Shown: positions 1 to 12,513, counted from the first letter of the stretch. The stretch: 64,000 nt of DNA from Actinomycetota bacterium (GCA_040757835.1 JBFLWJ010000003.1:146960-210959); one strand, 5' to 3'. The notes: generated by a model from the letters alone, not told the origin. Numbers and translations: made by a program.

Positions 1-728
1 GATGCCCTTCTGGGAATCGCGCTCGACGTAGATGGCTGCGTCGATGTCCGCGAGGTCGCCCCCCTCCCTCATCTCGATACCCTCCACGACCACGGCGACG
101 CTGTGGGGGACCTCCTCCCGGGTGAGTTGCAGCACCTTCTCGCGGATGAGTTCGGCGACGATGAAGGTAGCGGGCTGGTCCGTGAGGGTATCCTCGGGGT
201 AATATCTCGGACCTTCCGGCAGGGTCTCCACGATGCGCTCGATGACCGCATGCACGTTTTCCCCCGTCTTGGCGGAGATGGGGATGATACCCGCGAAATC
301 ACCCAGCTTCTCCGCCACCGCCACCTGCGCTTCCACCTGGTCGGGGGTGAGGCGGTCCATCTTGTTCAGCACCACCACCACGGGGGTGTCCAGCTCAGCC
401 AGCTCCGAGGCGATGAAGATATCCCCACTGCCGATAGACTTGGTGCCGTCCAGGATGAAGACGATGGTATCCACTTCCGAGAAGGTCTCGCGCACCGCCC
501 GGTTGAGGCGCTCGCCCAGCGCACCCTTGGGCTTGTGAAACCCCGGGGTATCCACGAAGACCACCTGGGCGTCATCCCGCGTCAATATGCAGCGGATCTT
601 GTTCCTGGTGGTCTGGGGTTTTTCGGAGATGATGGCCAGCTTGCGGTGCATGAGGTTGTTCAGCAGTGTGGATTTTCCGACGTTCGGGCGGCCAACGATA
701 CCAACGAACCCGGACCTGTGCTTCGCTT
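1..728 (-). CDS. era: GTPase Era (3' part of gene continues beyond window start)
   Basis: Minus-strand translation reads ...KHRSGFVGIVGRPNVGKSTLLN (P-loop) ... DTPG ... NKxD ... VEGIEMREGGDLADIDAAIYVERDSQKGI. An in-frame TGA lies just upstream, so the start is the TTG near 726-728. Absent from ORF track because the ORF is open at the window edge. Confidence 0.8.
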
Positions 729-894
729 CGGGCTCCAAACTGTCCCCCTTACGCTGTCCTCAACACCCACTCCCGGTGCTCTCCCGGCCCCCGGCCGCCG
801 CGGCGGGAGCCGATAAAAACCCTGTTAAGATTCTAACATCAATGCGGTGCACGGTTCTCCACGGGATTAATTGCTATAATTAACCATTATATGA

Positions 895-2070
895 CTATAT
901 CTGGGAGAAGCGGCGCATGTGTATGTTGGTGAGCAGGCCGATGGCCGCCAGGCTGACGATGAGGCTGTTGCCCCCGAAGCTGATGAACGGCAAGGGGATG
1001 CCGGTTATGGGCATGATCCCCATGGTCATGCCCACGTTCACGACCACCTGGAAGCCGAACATGATCACGATCCCGTAGGCGATCATGGTGCCGTAAAAAT
1101 CCCGCGCGTTGTTGGCTATGCGCACGCCCCGCCACAGCAGCAGGCAGAAGGCCCCGATGAGGATGAGAGCGCCGATGAGGCCCAGTTCCTCGCCGATGAC
1201 CGCGAAGATGAAGTCGGTGTGGTGAGCGGGCAGGAAGTTCAGGTTGGTCTGGGTTCCCTGCATGAGGCCCTTGCCCACCAGCTGCCCGGAACCGATAGCG
1301 ATCTTCGACTGCAGCAGGTGGTATCCGGCCTCCTGGATGTTGGACCCCTGTTTGAGGAAGGCCGTGAAACGCTCGAGCTGGTAGGGCTTGAAGATATGGA
1401 AGACGAACCCCAGGGTGAAGGCGATGGCCCCCGCGGCCACGAAACCGATCCAGTAGCGCATACGGCAACCCACCAGGAATAGCATACCCAGGAGGATGGC
1501 GACGAGCACCAGGGTCGTGCCCAGGTCGGGCTGCAGGAAGATGAGGAGCATGAAGGGCAGAGCCCACAACAGTGGGATCATGAAACTGCGCAGCGAGTCC
1601 GGCTCGGCCTTGTTGTCGGAGAAGAAGTTCGCCAGCACCAGGACGAGCACCAGCTTGCAGTACTCCGACGGCTGGAAATCGATGGGTCCCAACGAGATCC
1701 AGCGCGCGGAGCCCATGACCCGCTCGAAGAAGAGGACGACGATGAGGAAGAAGAGAAAGGCCCCGTAGACGAAGGGCGTGGCCACTTTCAGCCGCCGGTA
1801 GTCGAAACTGAGCATCACCCCCATGAAGATGAGTCCTATTAGCAGGCTGATGGAGGTCCGGAGCACGTAATAAGTGGGGTTGCCGGGGGTATCGTCCCGG
1901 GTGGCGCTGTACTGCATGAGCATGCCGAAGGCGATGAGGAAGAAGGTGATGGCCAGCAGAGTCCAGTCGATGTGCCGCATGGGCAGCCCGCTGAGGCGCC
2001 GGGCGACCTCATCGGTCTGCCTCCTCTCCGTGACCTTGGGTGCCAGCACCCTGCCCAGACGTTCCGGCAT
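895..2070 (-). CDS. rodA: SEDS-family peptidoglycan glycosyltransferase RodA
   Basis: 391-aa polytopic membrane protein with FtsW/RodA-type motifs. Sits immediately downstream of PBP2 in an mreBCD-mrdA operon, hence RodA rather than FtsW. True start may be the internal Met (MRHIDW..., ~1980). Confidence 0.85.
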   Translation of the reverse strand: MPERLGRVLAPKVTERRQTDEVARRLSGLPMRHIDWTLLAITFFLIAFGMLMQYSATRDDTPGNPTYYVLRTSISLLIGLIFMGVMLSFDYRRLKVATPFVYGAFLFFLIVVLFFERVMGSARWISLGPIDFQPSEYCKLVLVLVLANFFSDNKAEPDSLRSFMIPLLWALPFMLLIFLQPDLGTTLVLVAILLGMLFLVGCRMRYWIGFVAAGAIAFTLGFVFHIFKPYQLERFTAFLKQGSNIQEAGYHLLQSKIAIGSGQLVGKGLMQGTQTNLNFLPAHHTDFIFAVIGEELGLIGALILIGAFCLLLWRGVRIANNARDFYGTMIAYGIVIMFGFQVVVNVGMTMGIMPITGIPLPFISFGGNSLIVSLAAIGLLTNIHMRRFSQI

Positions 2071-2079
2071 GTATGCTCC

Positions 2080-4032
2080 TTAGTCTCCGGCGATACCGCT
2101 CTGAACCTGGCCCGGCGGGATGCCGAAGACGTGCTCGAGGATGCGCCGGGCTACCGGAGCGGCCATGGCGCCCCCGAAACCGCCCTCCTCGATCATCACC
2201 ACCACCACGTACTGAGGGTTATTGGCGGGCGCGTAACAGGCGAACCACGCGCAGGGCTGCTTGCCCTGCACCTCCGCCGTCCCCGTCTTGCCCGCCACGG
2301 GGATCTGCGCCAGGGGAAACCCTGAAAAGGCCCCCGCCGCGGTACCGCCGCCCCAGGTGACCCCGGTAAGGGCGGAACGCACGACGTTCAGGTTGGCGGG
2401 GTCCACGGCGATGCCCAAGGGGTTGTCCCTGTTGGTGATGTCGCCGATCTGCTGCGGCTGGATGACCTCAAACGTCTCGCCCTGCCATGTCAGGACCTCC
2501 TTGCCCACGTGGGGGCGGAAGAAGGGGCCGCCGTTGGCGATGGCGGCGTAGGCGTTGGCGAGTTGCAGGGGGGTGACCAGGATGTCGCCCTGCCCCACCG
2601 CCATGTTGACCGTGTCCCCGGGATACCAGCGCTGGTAGTCGGGATTACCCTGGTTGAACTCCCACTTCCACTGCGGCGTCGGCACTCTGCCCTCGAACTC
2701 GTTCGGCAGGTCCACCCCGGTCTGCGACCCCAGACCGGCCAGCACCGAGTAATCCTGCAGGCGGGTCACCCAGCCGTCGCGCTCGCGGTTCTCGTAGAAA
2801 GAGTAGCCTAGATCGTAGAAGGTGACGTCGCACGACTCGATGATCGCGTTGGTAAAATCGATGCTTCCGTGGGTGCCCCAGCAGGTCTTGGGGAAGTCCT
2901 TGAACTCGCCGCGGTTGAAGACGTGGTTGCAGTAGAAGGGGGTGTAGGCGGTCACGCCCAGGTCTTGCAGGGCGGCCATGGCGGTGATCAACTTAAAAGT
3001 GGACCCCGGGGGGTACTGGCCCACGATGGCCCGGTTGTTCAGGGGGGCGTTGTTGGCGGGGTCGTTCAACTGTTCCCACTCCTGCTCGTCGATGCCCCCC
3101 ACGAAGCTCTCCAGATTGAAGGTGGGCTCGCTGGCCATGGCCAGGATCTCCCCGTTGCGCGGGTCGAGCACCACCGCCGCGCCGGCCGGCGCATTGTAGT
3201 TCTTGCCCCTCTCTTTGTCGTAGAAGGTGCGTGCGCGGGCCATCCCGTCCCGCAGCGCCTGCTCCGTCACCTTCTGCAGTTCCTTGTCCAGGGTAAGCAC
3301 CACCGACTTGCCGGGGTTACACTCCTCCTCCCCCAGCATCTGCAGGGGCATCCCCGCCGCGTCCACCTCCCATATCTTCTTGCCGTCCACGCCGCGCAGG
3401 ATGTCCTCGTAGAAGGCCTCCACGCCGGAGGTCCCCACGATGTCCCCCGCCTTGTAGCCCTTCTCCTGCAGGGTTTCCAGCTGTTCTTCCGTGATCTCTC
3501 CCAGGTAACCAAGGACGTGCGCCGCCAGGGTCTCCTCGCCCTCCTTATACTCGCGCACCGGCATCTCGTCCGCCTGCACCCAGGGGAAATGGACTTGCCT
3601 CTCCGAGATGTAGAAATAGACCTGAGGGTCGACGTCTTTCTTGATCAGCACCGGCTCGTGGGGCTGGACGTCCTCTCCCTGCACCTTGTCCATGATCTCC
3701 TGCGGTTCCATGCCCAGCATCTCCGCGAGGCGGGCCACCTCACCCTCCTTGTCCTCCAGTCTCTCGAACTCGGTGGGGAGCACGAAGACAGAGAGCGCCT
3801 GGCGGTTGATGACCATCTCCTGGTTGTTGCGGTCGAGGATGTTGCCGCGGCTCGCCTCGAGGGCCACCTCGCGGATGCGGTTGCCCTCGGCCATGGCGCT
3901 GTAGTTGTCGCCCTGTACCACCTGCAGGAACCACAACCGCACCACCAGCACGGCCACCAGCGCGCCCACGAACAGCACGAAGAGCGTGAAGCGGTGGACC
4001 ATGGCCCCTTTCTGCTGCGGGTTTATGGCCAT
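2080..4032 (-). CDS. mrdA: penicillin-binding protein 2 (class B transpeptidase)
   Basis: 650 aa with N-terminal TM, PBP dimerisation region and transpeptidase motifs (STFK, SxN, KTGT). Operon context mreBCD-pbp2-rodA. Confidence 0.9.
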   Translation of the reverse strand: MAINPQQKGAMVHRFTLFVLFVGALVAVLVVRLWFLQVVQGDNYSAMAEGNRIREVALEASRGNILDRNNQEMVINRQALSVFVLPTEFERLEDKEGEVARLAEMLGMEPQEIMDKVQGEDVQPHEPVLIKKDVDPQVYFYISERQVHFPWVQADEMPVREYKEGEETLAAHVLGYLGEITEEQLETLQEKGYKAGDIVGTSGVEAFYEDILRGVDGKKIWEVDAAGMPLQMLGEEECNPGKSVVLTLDKELQKVTEQALRDGMARARTFYDKERGKNYNAPAGAAVVLDPRNGEILAMASEPTFNLESFVGGIDEQEWEQLNDPANNAPLNNRAIVGQYPPGSTFKLITAMAALQDLGVTAYTPFYCNHVFNRGEFKDFPKTCWGTHGSIDFTNAIIESCDVTFYDLGYSFYENRERDGWVTRLQDYSVLAGLGSQTGVDLPNEFEGRVPTPQWKWEFNQGNPDYQRWYPGDTVNMAVGQGDILVTPLQLANAYAAIANGGPFFRPHVGKEVLTWQGETFEVIQPQQIGDITNRDNPLGIAVDPANLNVVRSALTGVTWGGGTAAGAFSGFPLAQIPVAGKTGTAEVQGKQPCAWFACYAPANNPQYVVVVMIEEGGFGGAMAAPVARRILEHVFGIPPGQVQSGIAGD

Positions 4033-4053
4033 GTCCTTATCACCTCACCGAGA

Positions 4054-4557
4054 TCATGGGAACATCAACGCCCTGTCCTCCTGGCCCGTGAAGTGCCTTA
4101 TCACCGGGTAGATGACCAGGGTGATCAGGGCGTTGTAAAGGGCCAGGCCGGCGATGACGCCGAAACTGAACGGGGGCCGCGGCTCCAGGCCCACCAGGGC
4201 CCAGGTGGCGAACTTCATTAACTCCTGCAGGATGGAGCCGAAGAAGACGATGATCATCGGCCAGATCACCGATTTGGAGATGACCCTCTGGCGCAGTTCC
4301 CCGCTGAAATAGCCGACGATGATCTTGGCGAAGGCCGAGACACCCACCACCGCGGTGGAGAAGATATCCTCCAGCAGGCCCGCACAGAAACCGAAGAGCG
4401 CCCCCTGTCCCGGGCCCTCGAAGAGCGCCCAGCAGATGGTGGCCACCAGCAGGATGTCCGGTTTCACCGCGCCTATGCCTATCTCCGGGGATACCGTGAG
4501 CTGGATGAGCAGGGCCACTACCAGCACCACGAAGAAGGTCAGCCTGCGGTGGACCAT
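4054..4557 (-). CDS. mreD: rod shape-determining protein MreD
   Basis: 167-aa small polytopic membrane protein directly after mreC. Confidence 0.8.
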   Translation of the reverse strand: MVHRRLTFFVVLVVALLIQLTVSPEIGIGAVKPDILLVATICWALFEGPGQGALFGFCAGLLEDIFSTAVVGVSAFAKIIVGYFSGELRQRVISKSVIWPMIIVFFGSILQELMKFATWALVGLEPRPPFSFGVIAGLALYNALITLVIYPVIRHFTGQEDRALMFP

Positions 4558-4558
4558 G

Positions 4559-5422
4559 CTATCCTCCCCCCTCGGCCGCCAGTGGCGTCGTGCTCGGTGG
4601 CGGCGAGACCACCACCATCACCCGGTCAAGGCGGGTCAGGCTCGCCCTGGGATCGATGACGATGCCCACGGAGAGGTCGGCGCGGCGTTCGCTGATCTCG
4701 GTGATGGTCCCGATGGGTATGCCGGAGGGGCAGGTCCCCCCGAGGCCTGATGTGACCACCACGTCCCCCGTCTTTACGTCCGCATCCTGGTTGAGGAGCT
4801 CGAGCCGCACGCCTCCCCTCCCCTCGCCTTTCACCACGCCCATCTCCGCGTTGGCCTGGAGCATGGCGCCCACCGAGCTCTTGTCGTCGGTGATCAGTTG
4901 CACCACCGACGCCTCGGAAGTACAGAGGATTATGCGCCCCACCAGGCTGCCGTCCTCGCTCAGGACCGCCATGTATTCCTGCAGGCCGTCGGAGTAACCG
5001 GCGCCTATCTGGATGGTCTGCTCCCATATGTCCGGGTTGGCCCCGATGACGTCCACCACCAGGAACCCCAGGTCGGACCGGCTCTCCTTCACGGCGATCA
5101 TACTCTTGAGAGTCTCGTTCTCCAGCTTCAGTTCCTCGCCCTCGTCCACTTCCTTCTGCAGCTTCTCGACCTCTTCGGCCAGGCGGTTCCGCTCGCTGTT
5201 TGCGTCTCCCAGGTCGGCCAGGTAGCCAAAGCCGTCTTTGACCGGACTCAGGACCTTGCTCATGCCCTTCTGCAGGGGGGAGACGATGTCCAGGGAGAAA
5301 CGCTGCAGGCGGTGGAAGAGCCCGTCCTTGCTCTCCCGCGAATACACGGTGACCAGGAGCACGCAGATGATTATCAGGGTGATTATCAATACGCGCTGTC
5401 TGCGGTTCTGTCTTTCGACCAT
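4559..5422 (-). CDS. mreC: rod shape-determining protein MreC
   Basis: 287 aa with N-terminal TM, coiled coil (EKLQKEVDEGEELKLENETLK) and C-terminal beta domain; immediately downstream of mreB. Confidence 0.85.
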   Translation of the reverse strand: MVERQNRRQRVLIITLIIICVLLVTVYSRESKDGLFHRLQRFSLDIVSPLQKGMSKVLSPVKDGFGYLADLGDANSERNRLAEEVEKLQKEVDEGEELKLENETLKSMIAVKESRSDLGFLVVDVIGANPDIWEQTIQIGAGYSDGLQEYMAVLSEDGSLVGRIILCTSEASVVQLITDDKSSVGAMLQANAEMGVVKGEGRGGVRLELLNQDADVKTGDVVVTSGLGGTCPSGIPIGTITEISERRADLSVGIVIDPRASLTRLDRVMVVVSPPPSTTPLAAEGGG

Positions 5423-5439
5423 GATATCTCAGCCCCGGT

Positions 5440-6480
5440 TTAATGCCGGGACGAGGAGATCAACACCTTCTTCATGATCTCGAACTCCTCGAGGCACTTC
5501 CCGGACCCGATGGCCACGTCCGAGAGCGGTGAACCGGTGACCTCCACCGGCATGGCCGTCTCATGGCGGAGCCTCTCGTCAAGCCCGGTCAGCAGGGCCC
5601 CTCCTCCCGTCAGCATTATCCCCCGGTCCATGATGTCCGATGCCAGCTCCGGGGGAGTCTTGTCCAGCGTGGTCTTGACCGCGTCGACGATGGCCGAGAT
5701 GGGTTCCTCTATGGCCTCCCGTATCTCCTCTGCCAGGACCACGATGGTCTTGGGGAGGCCGGTTACCAGGTCCCTCCCCCTTATCTCGGCGTTTATCTCG
5801 TCGCCCATGGGGAAGGCCGAACCGATCTGGATCTTGAGCTCCTCTGACGTCCTCTCCCCGATCATCAGGTTGTATTCCCTCTTGATGTAGTTGATGACCG
5901 ATTCGTCCAGTTCATCTCCGCCTATGCGGATGGACTCGCTAGTCACTATGCCTCCCAGAGAGATGACCGCCACTTCGGTGGTGCCTCCCCCGATGTCCAC
6001 GACCATGTTCCCGGTGGGCTCGTGGATGGGAAGGCCCGCTCCGATGGCCGCCGCCATGGGCTCCTCGATGATATAGGCGGCCCTTGCCCCGGCCTGGATG
6101 CAGGCCTCCTCCACCGCCCTCTGCTCCACTCCGGTGGTGCCGGAGGGCACGCAGACTACCACGCGCGGCCGGGCAAAAAGCCTCCTCTTGTGTACCTTCT
6201 GGATGAAATACCGCAACATCTTCTCGGTGACGTCGAAGTCCGCGATGACCCCGTCCCTCAGGGGACGTACGGCCACGATGTGTCCGGGCGTGCGGCCGAT
6301 CATCCTCTTGGCCTCCGCGCCCACCGCCAGGATGGCCCCATTGGAGGTGTTGATGGCCACCACTGAGGGCTCGTTGAGGACAATGCCCTTCCCGCGTACG
6401 TAAACCAGGGTATTGGCTGTCCCCAGGTCTATGGCCATGTCCCTTCCGAGCATCTCCCACGAAGAGAACACGTGGTTCAC
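5440..6480 (-). CDS. mreB: rod shape-determining actin homolog MreB
   Basis: Actin-fold motifs [40 protein letters not shown]. Start may be one of the downstream Mets (MLGRD.../MAIDLGT). Confidence 0.95.
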   Translation of the reverse strand: MNHVFSSWEMLGRDMAIDLGTANTLVYVRGKGIVLNEPSVVAINTSNGAILAVGAEAKRMIGRTPGHIVAVRPLRDGVIADFDVTEKMLRYFIQKVHKRRLFARPRVVVCVPSGTTGVEQRAVEEACIQAGARAAYIIEEPMAAAIGAGLPIHEPTGNMVVDIGGGTTEVAVISLGGIVTSESIRIGGDELDESVINYIKREYNLMIGERTSEELKIQIGSAFPMGDEINAEIRGRDLVTGLPKTIVVLAEEIREAIEEPISAIVDAVKTTLDKTPPELASDIMDRGIMLTGGGALLTGLDERLRHETAMPVEVTGSPLSDVAIGSGKCLEEFEIMKKVLISSSRH

Positions 6481-6673
6481 CTTTCCATCATATATTTGAC
6501 GGCCCGAAGGCCGCCTCTGTGCTTCAAATTATTCTATCATACACGGCTGATTACCCTCGTGACCTGCAATGATATTCGACGGCCCGCTCTACTTATCCTT
6601 GTTAGAGTGGCGAACCGCCCGGCCGGCCACAAGGGGATAGACGGGGCCCGCCAGATCGTTGTTCCCCCGGAGA

Positions 6674-7084
6674 TTACAGTTCCGGGAAGAACAGCGCCAC
6701 CTCCCGGGCGGCGCTCTCCGGCCCGTCGGACCCATGTACGATGTTCTCGGTTATCTCGAGCCCGTAGTCTCCTCTTATGGTCCCCGGTGGGGCATCGGCG
6801 GGATCGGTGGGGCCCATGAGTTTCCTGACCACGGCGATGGCCGTTTCGCCCTCCAGCACCATGGCCACCACCTCACCCGAGGTGATGAAGGAGACCAGTT
6901 CGGGATAGAATGGCTTGTCTATATGCTCGGCATAGTGGCGGGAGGCCAGCTCCTCGTCCACCTGCAGCAGCCGCATGGCTACGATCTTCAGGCCGAGGCG
7001 TTCGAAGCGCGAGATCACCTCCCCAGCCAGTCCCCTCCTCACGCCGTCCGGCTTTACCAGCACCAGGGTCCTCTCGCTCGGCAT
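6674..7084 (-). CDS. ndk: nucleoside diphosphate kinase
   Basis: 136 aa; [10 protein letters not shown]...[19 protein letters not shown]...NIVHGSD (active-site His region). Confidence 0.95.
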   Translation of the reverse strand: MPSERTLVLVKPDGVRRGLAGEVISRFERLGLKIVAMRLLQVDEELASRHYAEHIDKPFYPELVSFITSGEVVAMVLEGETAIAVVRKLMGPTDPADAPPGTIRGDYGLEITENIVHGSDGPESAAREVALFFPEL

Positions 7085-7127
7085 ATAAACCTCCGTTGTC
7101 TATAGCTTCCAGCAATAACTGTTCCGT

Positions 7128-7235
7128 GCGTACCCGTGCCAGGCCCGGCCGATCGGAATCGGCCGGGCGACTGGCACCGCCGCGTCGCCCTCCGGGCGCC
7201 GCTGTCGCCTACGCGCTTACGCGATGCAATCTATC
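7128..7235. repeat. copy D of an unrecognised structured intergenic element family ('S element'), inverted relative to copies A-C
   Basis: GTGCCAGGCC-CGGCCGATCGGAATCGGCCGGG-...GGCACCGCCGCG...CGCCCTCCGGGCG...CTTACGCGATGCAATC. Aligns at >80% (by eye) with the reverse complement of copy C (45592-45684). Lies in the folC-ndk spacer. Confidence 0.7.
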
Positions 7236-7262
7236 GTAACCTATTTTAGTAGTAGTTAGCGT

Positions 7263-8582
7263 TTATTCTGGGCGTAGCCCGAGGGCGCCGCGCGCCTCCC
7301 CCACCGTGTACAGCGAGCCGGTCACGCAGACCATGTCCGACACCGTCGCCATAGTGCGCGCGAACTTCACCGCCTCCGCCACGTCTTCCACCACCACGCA
7401 GTCATGCCCCATCTCCTTCACCAGGGCCGCCAGAGCGTGCGCCGGCATGGCGCGCTCGTCCGCGCTCTGAGTGACCACCGCCGTGGAGGCCAGGGGGAGG
7501 AGAAGCTCCAGCATGTTCCGCGCGTCCTTGTCCTCGAGTATTCCCACCACCAGGATGAGGTCGTCGTAGTCGAGGTCGTTGCTGATAACGTGCGCCAGCC
7601 TGCTCGCGCCGTCAGGGTTATGGGCCCCGTCGAGGAGTACCAGGGGATCGAGGGAGACCACCTCGAGGCGCCCCGGCGACTTCACCCTCTTCATCCCGGC
7701 CTCCACCTCCGTGGAGGACAGGGCCGAGAGCGAGCCCGCGTACGTCTCGCATGCCGCCACGGCACAGGCGGCGTTCATCGCCTGGTGCTCCCCCAGCAGG
7801 GGCACGAATAGTTCAGGATATTCCCGCAACAGGCCCTGGATGCCCACGGCCTGGCCTATTCTGCCCGTCTCCAGGCCGTAGGTCAGGTTATAGAGGAGCT
7901 GGAAGTCCCGGCCGAAGAGCCGGAGGGTGCTCCCCTTTTCATCGCAGGTTCGGGAGATCACCTCCAGGGCTGCCGGGTCGCTAACCGCGGAGATGACGTA
8001 ACTGTCCTCCTTGATGATGCCCGCCTTCTCGCAGGCGATCTTCTCCAGGGTCCCGCCCAGTTCGGCCACGTGGTCAAGGGCCACGCCAGTGATCACCTGC
8101 AGGTGCGAATCGACCAGGGTGGTGGCGTCCCACCTGCCCCCCAGCCCCACCTCGATCACGCCGACATCCACTTTGAGCGCCGCGAAGTGCACGAAGGCCA
8201 TGGCCGTGGTGACCTCGAAATAGCTCAGTGGGTCGCCGGTCTCCGCGTCCGTCTCCTCCACCTGCGGGATGATCCTCTCCAGCAGCGCCGCGAAATCGCG
8301 CTCCGGCACCGGCCTGCCGTTTATGCAGATGCGCTCGGTCACGGACTGCATGTGCGGCGACGTATAGCGAGCCACCTTCTTCCCGCTCACCTCGAGGATG
8401 GAGGAGATCATGCGCGCGGTGGAGGTCTTGCCGTTGGTGCCGGTTATATGGATGGAGGGGAACTCCAGCTGCGGCTCCCCCAGCTTGGAGCAGAGCAGCC
8501 GAATACGGTCCAGGCTGGGCTTGATGCCGTGCCGGGCCGCCTGCCCCAGATACCGCTCCGCCGCCTTGAAATCCACCATCAA
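7263..8582 (-). CDS. folC: bifunctional folylpolyglutamate synthase / dihydrofolate synthase
   Basis: 439 aa; Mur-ligase-family P-loop ITGTNGKTST, ...LLDGAHNPDG. Classic valS-folC adjacency. Confidence 0.9.
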   Translation of the reverse strand: MMVDFKAAERYLGQAARHGIKPSLDRIRLLCSKLGEPQLEFPSIHITGTNGKTSTARMISSILEVSGKKVARYTSPHMQSVTERICINGRPVPERDFAALLERIIPQVEETDAETGDPLSYFEVTTAMAFVHFAALKVDVGVIEVGLGGRWDATTLVDSHLQVITGVALDHVAELGGTLEKIACEKAGIIKEDSYVISAVSDPAALEVISRTCDEKGSTLRLFGRDFQLLYNLTYGLETGRIGQAVGIQGLLREYPELFVPLLGEHQAMNAACAVAACETYAGSLSALSSTEVEAGMKRVKSPGRLEVVSLDPLVLLDGAHNPDGASRLAHVISNDLDYDDLILVVGILEDKDARNMLELLLPLASTAVVTQSADERAMPAHALAALVKEMGHDCVVVEDVAEAVKFARTMATVSDMVCVTGSLYTVGEARGALGLRPE

Positions 8583-8601
8583 CCTCTCTTATGGCGTTTA
8601 T

Positions 8602-8726
8602 GGGGTCGGTTCTTGGATTTTGGATACTCCGGTATGTTTGCGATCAGCACAGAAAAACACCGCTTCCATACAGGCACTTTGCTTTAGATACCATATTATG
8701 GAATCCAAGATCCAAGACCTGACCCC
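8602..8726. repeat. MITE/ERIC-like element R1 with ~30-bp terminal inverted repeats (GGGGTCRGKTCTTGG...CCAAGACCTGACCCC)
   Basis: Left end GGGGTCGGTTCTTGGATTTTGGATACTCCGGTATG; right end ATGGAATCCAAGATCCAAGACCTGACCCC. Fills the valS-folC spacer. Two further copies at 35073-35197 and 39190-39313. Confidence 0.75.
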
Positions 8727-8727
8727 T

Positions 8728-11406
<2,679 letters not shown>

Positions 11407-11530
11407 TTCTCCTCTTCCACCTGCCGATTGGCACGAAACGCGTGTTCCCATGCATGGTATGAAGCAGCCGCCCCTTTGTCAAACCTCACTGCAGTAATTA
11501 TAGTCGGCTGCGAGAGATCGTGGGGGAGAT

Positions 11531-11559
11531 GGGGTCAGACGGGGTCAGCCCCTGACCCC
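11531..11559. repeat. tandem GGGGTCAG motifs forming a perfect hairpin (GGGGTCAG-CCC-CTGACCCC), related to the MITE termini
   Basis: GGGGTCAGAC GGGGTCAGCCCCTGACCCC in the divergent valS / methyltransferase spacer. Confidence 0.6.
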
Positions 11560-11656
11560 ACTCCCTTTGTCACATGTCGGGGGCCGACCCCGTCGTGGTA
11601 GAATAACCTCCAACAGCGAGCGTTATGGAACGAGGCGAGAAGAAGGGTGTGCTGAT

Positions 11657-12493
11657 ATGCCGGCGAATGCCAGGGAGCATTACAACCACGTGACCGACTC
11701 ATGGAAAGAGTTCATGGGGGACAACCTCCACTTCGGTTATTTCGAGACCGAGGACATGGAGCTGGCACGGGCGACGGACCTGCTCATTGAGAAGCTGCTG
11801 GAGTTGAGCGACATCAACGCGGACAGCCACGTCCTGGATGTGGGGTGTGGTATCGGCAACCCGGCCTTTTACATCTACGATAAGTTAGGCTGCAGCATCG
11901 ACGGCATATCCACCAGCGAGCGCGGCGTCCAGCTTGCCAGCACCACAGCCCGCGAGAGGGGCTACGACGGCGTGAATTTCAGGGTAGCCGACGGGGTGGC
12001 CAACGGGTTCCCGGACGGCAGCTTCGACGTGGTATGGATCATGGAGGCCTCGCACCTCTTCAGGGATAAACGGGCGCTCTTCCGGGAATGCCATCGCGTG
12101 CTAAAAGCCGGCGGCACCTTCGCCCTCTGCGACGTCACCCAGGCAAAGCTCCTGCCCATGCATAAGGGGGTCTGGCACTTCCTCAAGCACCTCCCGGAGT
12201 ATTACCAGCTGATGAAGGCCTTCGGGCCGGCGCAGGTGATTACCCTTGGGGACTATTGCAACCTGCTCATCGAGGCTGGTTTCAACGATGTCACCACCGT
12301 CGATATCTCGCGACAGGCCCTTCCCACCATGACCAGGTGGAAGGAGAACGCCATGCGTTACGCGCGCAGCGGCGGCGATGCTTTCGCGAAGAAGGACGTG
12401 GATATCTTCATCCGCGGCTGCGAGATCGACGAGGCCTTCATGCAGCAGGGCATCTACGGCTACGGCATGGTCCGAGCGGTGAAGAGGGGCTGA
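11657..12493 (+). CDS. class I SAM-dependent methyltransferase (Methyltransf_11-like)
   Basis: VLDVGCGIGNP (motif I), DGSFDVVW, ...LKAGGTFAL. Start assigned to Met (MPANAREHYNH), internal to the longer ORF from 11567. Confidence 0.8.
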   Translation: MPANAREHYNHVTDSWKEFMGDNLHFGYFETEDMELARATDLLIEKLLELSDINADSHVLDVGCGIGNPAFYIYDKLGCSIDGISTSERGVQLASTTARERGYDGVNFRVADGVANGFPDGSFDVVWIMEASHLFRDKRALFRECHRVLKAGGTFALCDVTQAKLLPMHKGVWHFLKHLPEYYQLMKAFGPAQVITLGDYCNLLIEAGFNDVTTVDISRQALPTMTRWKENAMRYARSGGDAFAKKDVDIFIRGCEIDEAFMQQGIYGYGMVRAVKRG

Positions 12494-12513
12494 GGGGGCG
12501 GACCTTGGGAACG

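Noticed and set aside
729-894. GC-rich imperfect hairpin GCTCTCCCGGCCCCCGGCCGCCGCGGCGGGAGC between rodA and era as a terminator
   Set aside because: No adjacent U/T tract in either orientation; more likely incidental GC-rich secondary structure within an operon spacer.
12256-12513. Upstream extension of the small membrane protein ORF (190-aa version starting at 12256)
   Set aside because: The extension overlaps the end of the methyltransferase gene in another frame and is Arg/His-rich and low-complexity; only the distal TM plus coiled-coil part looks protein-like.
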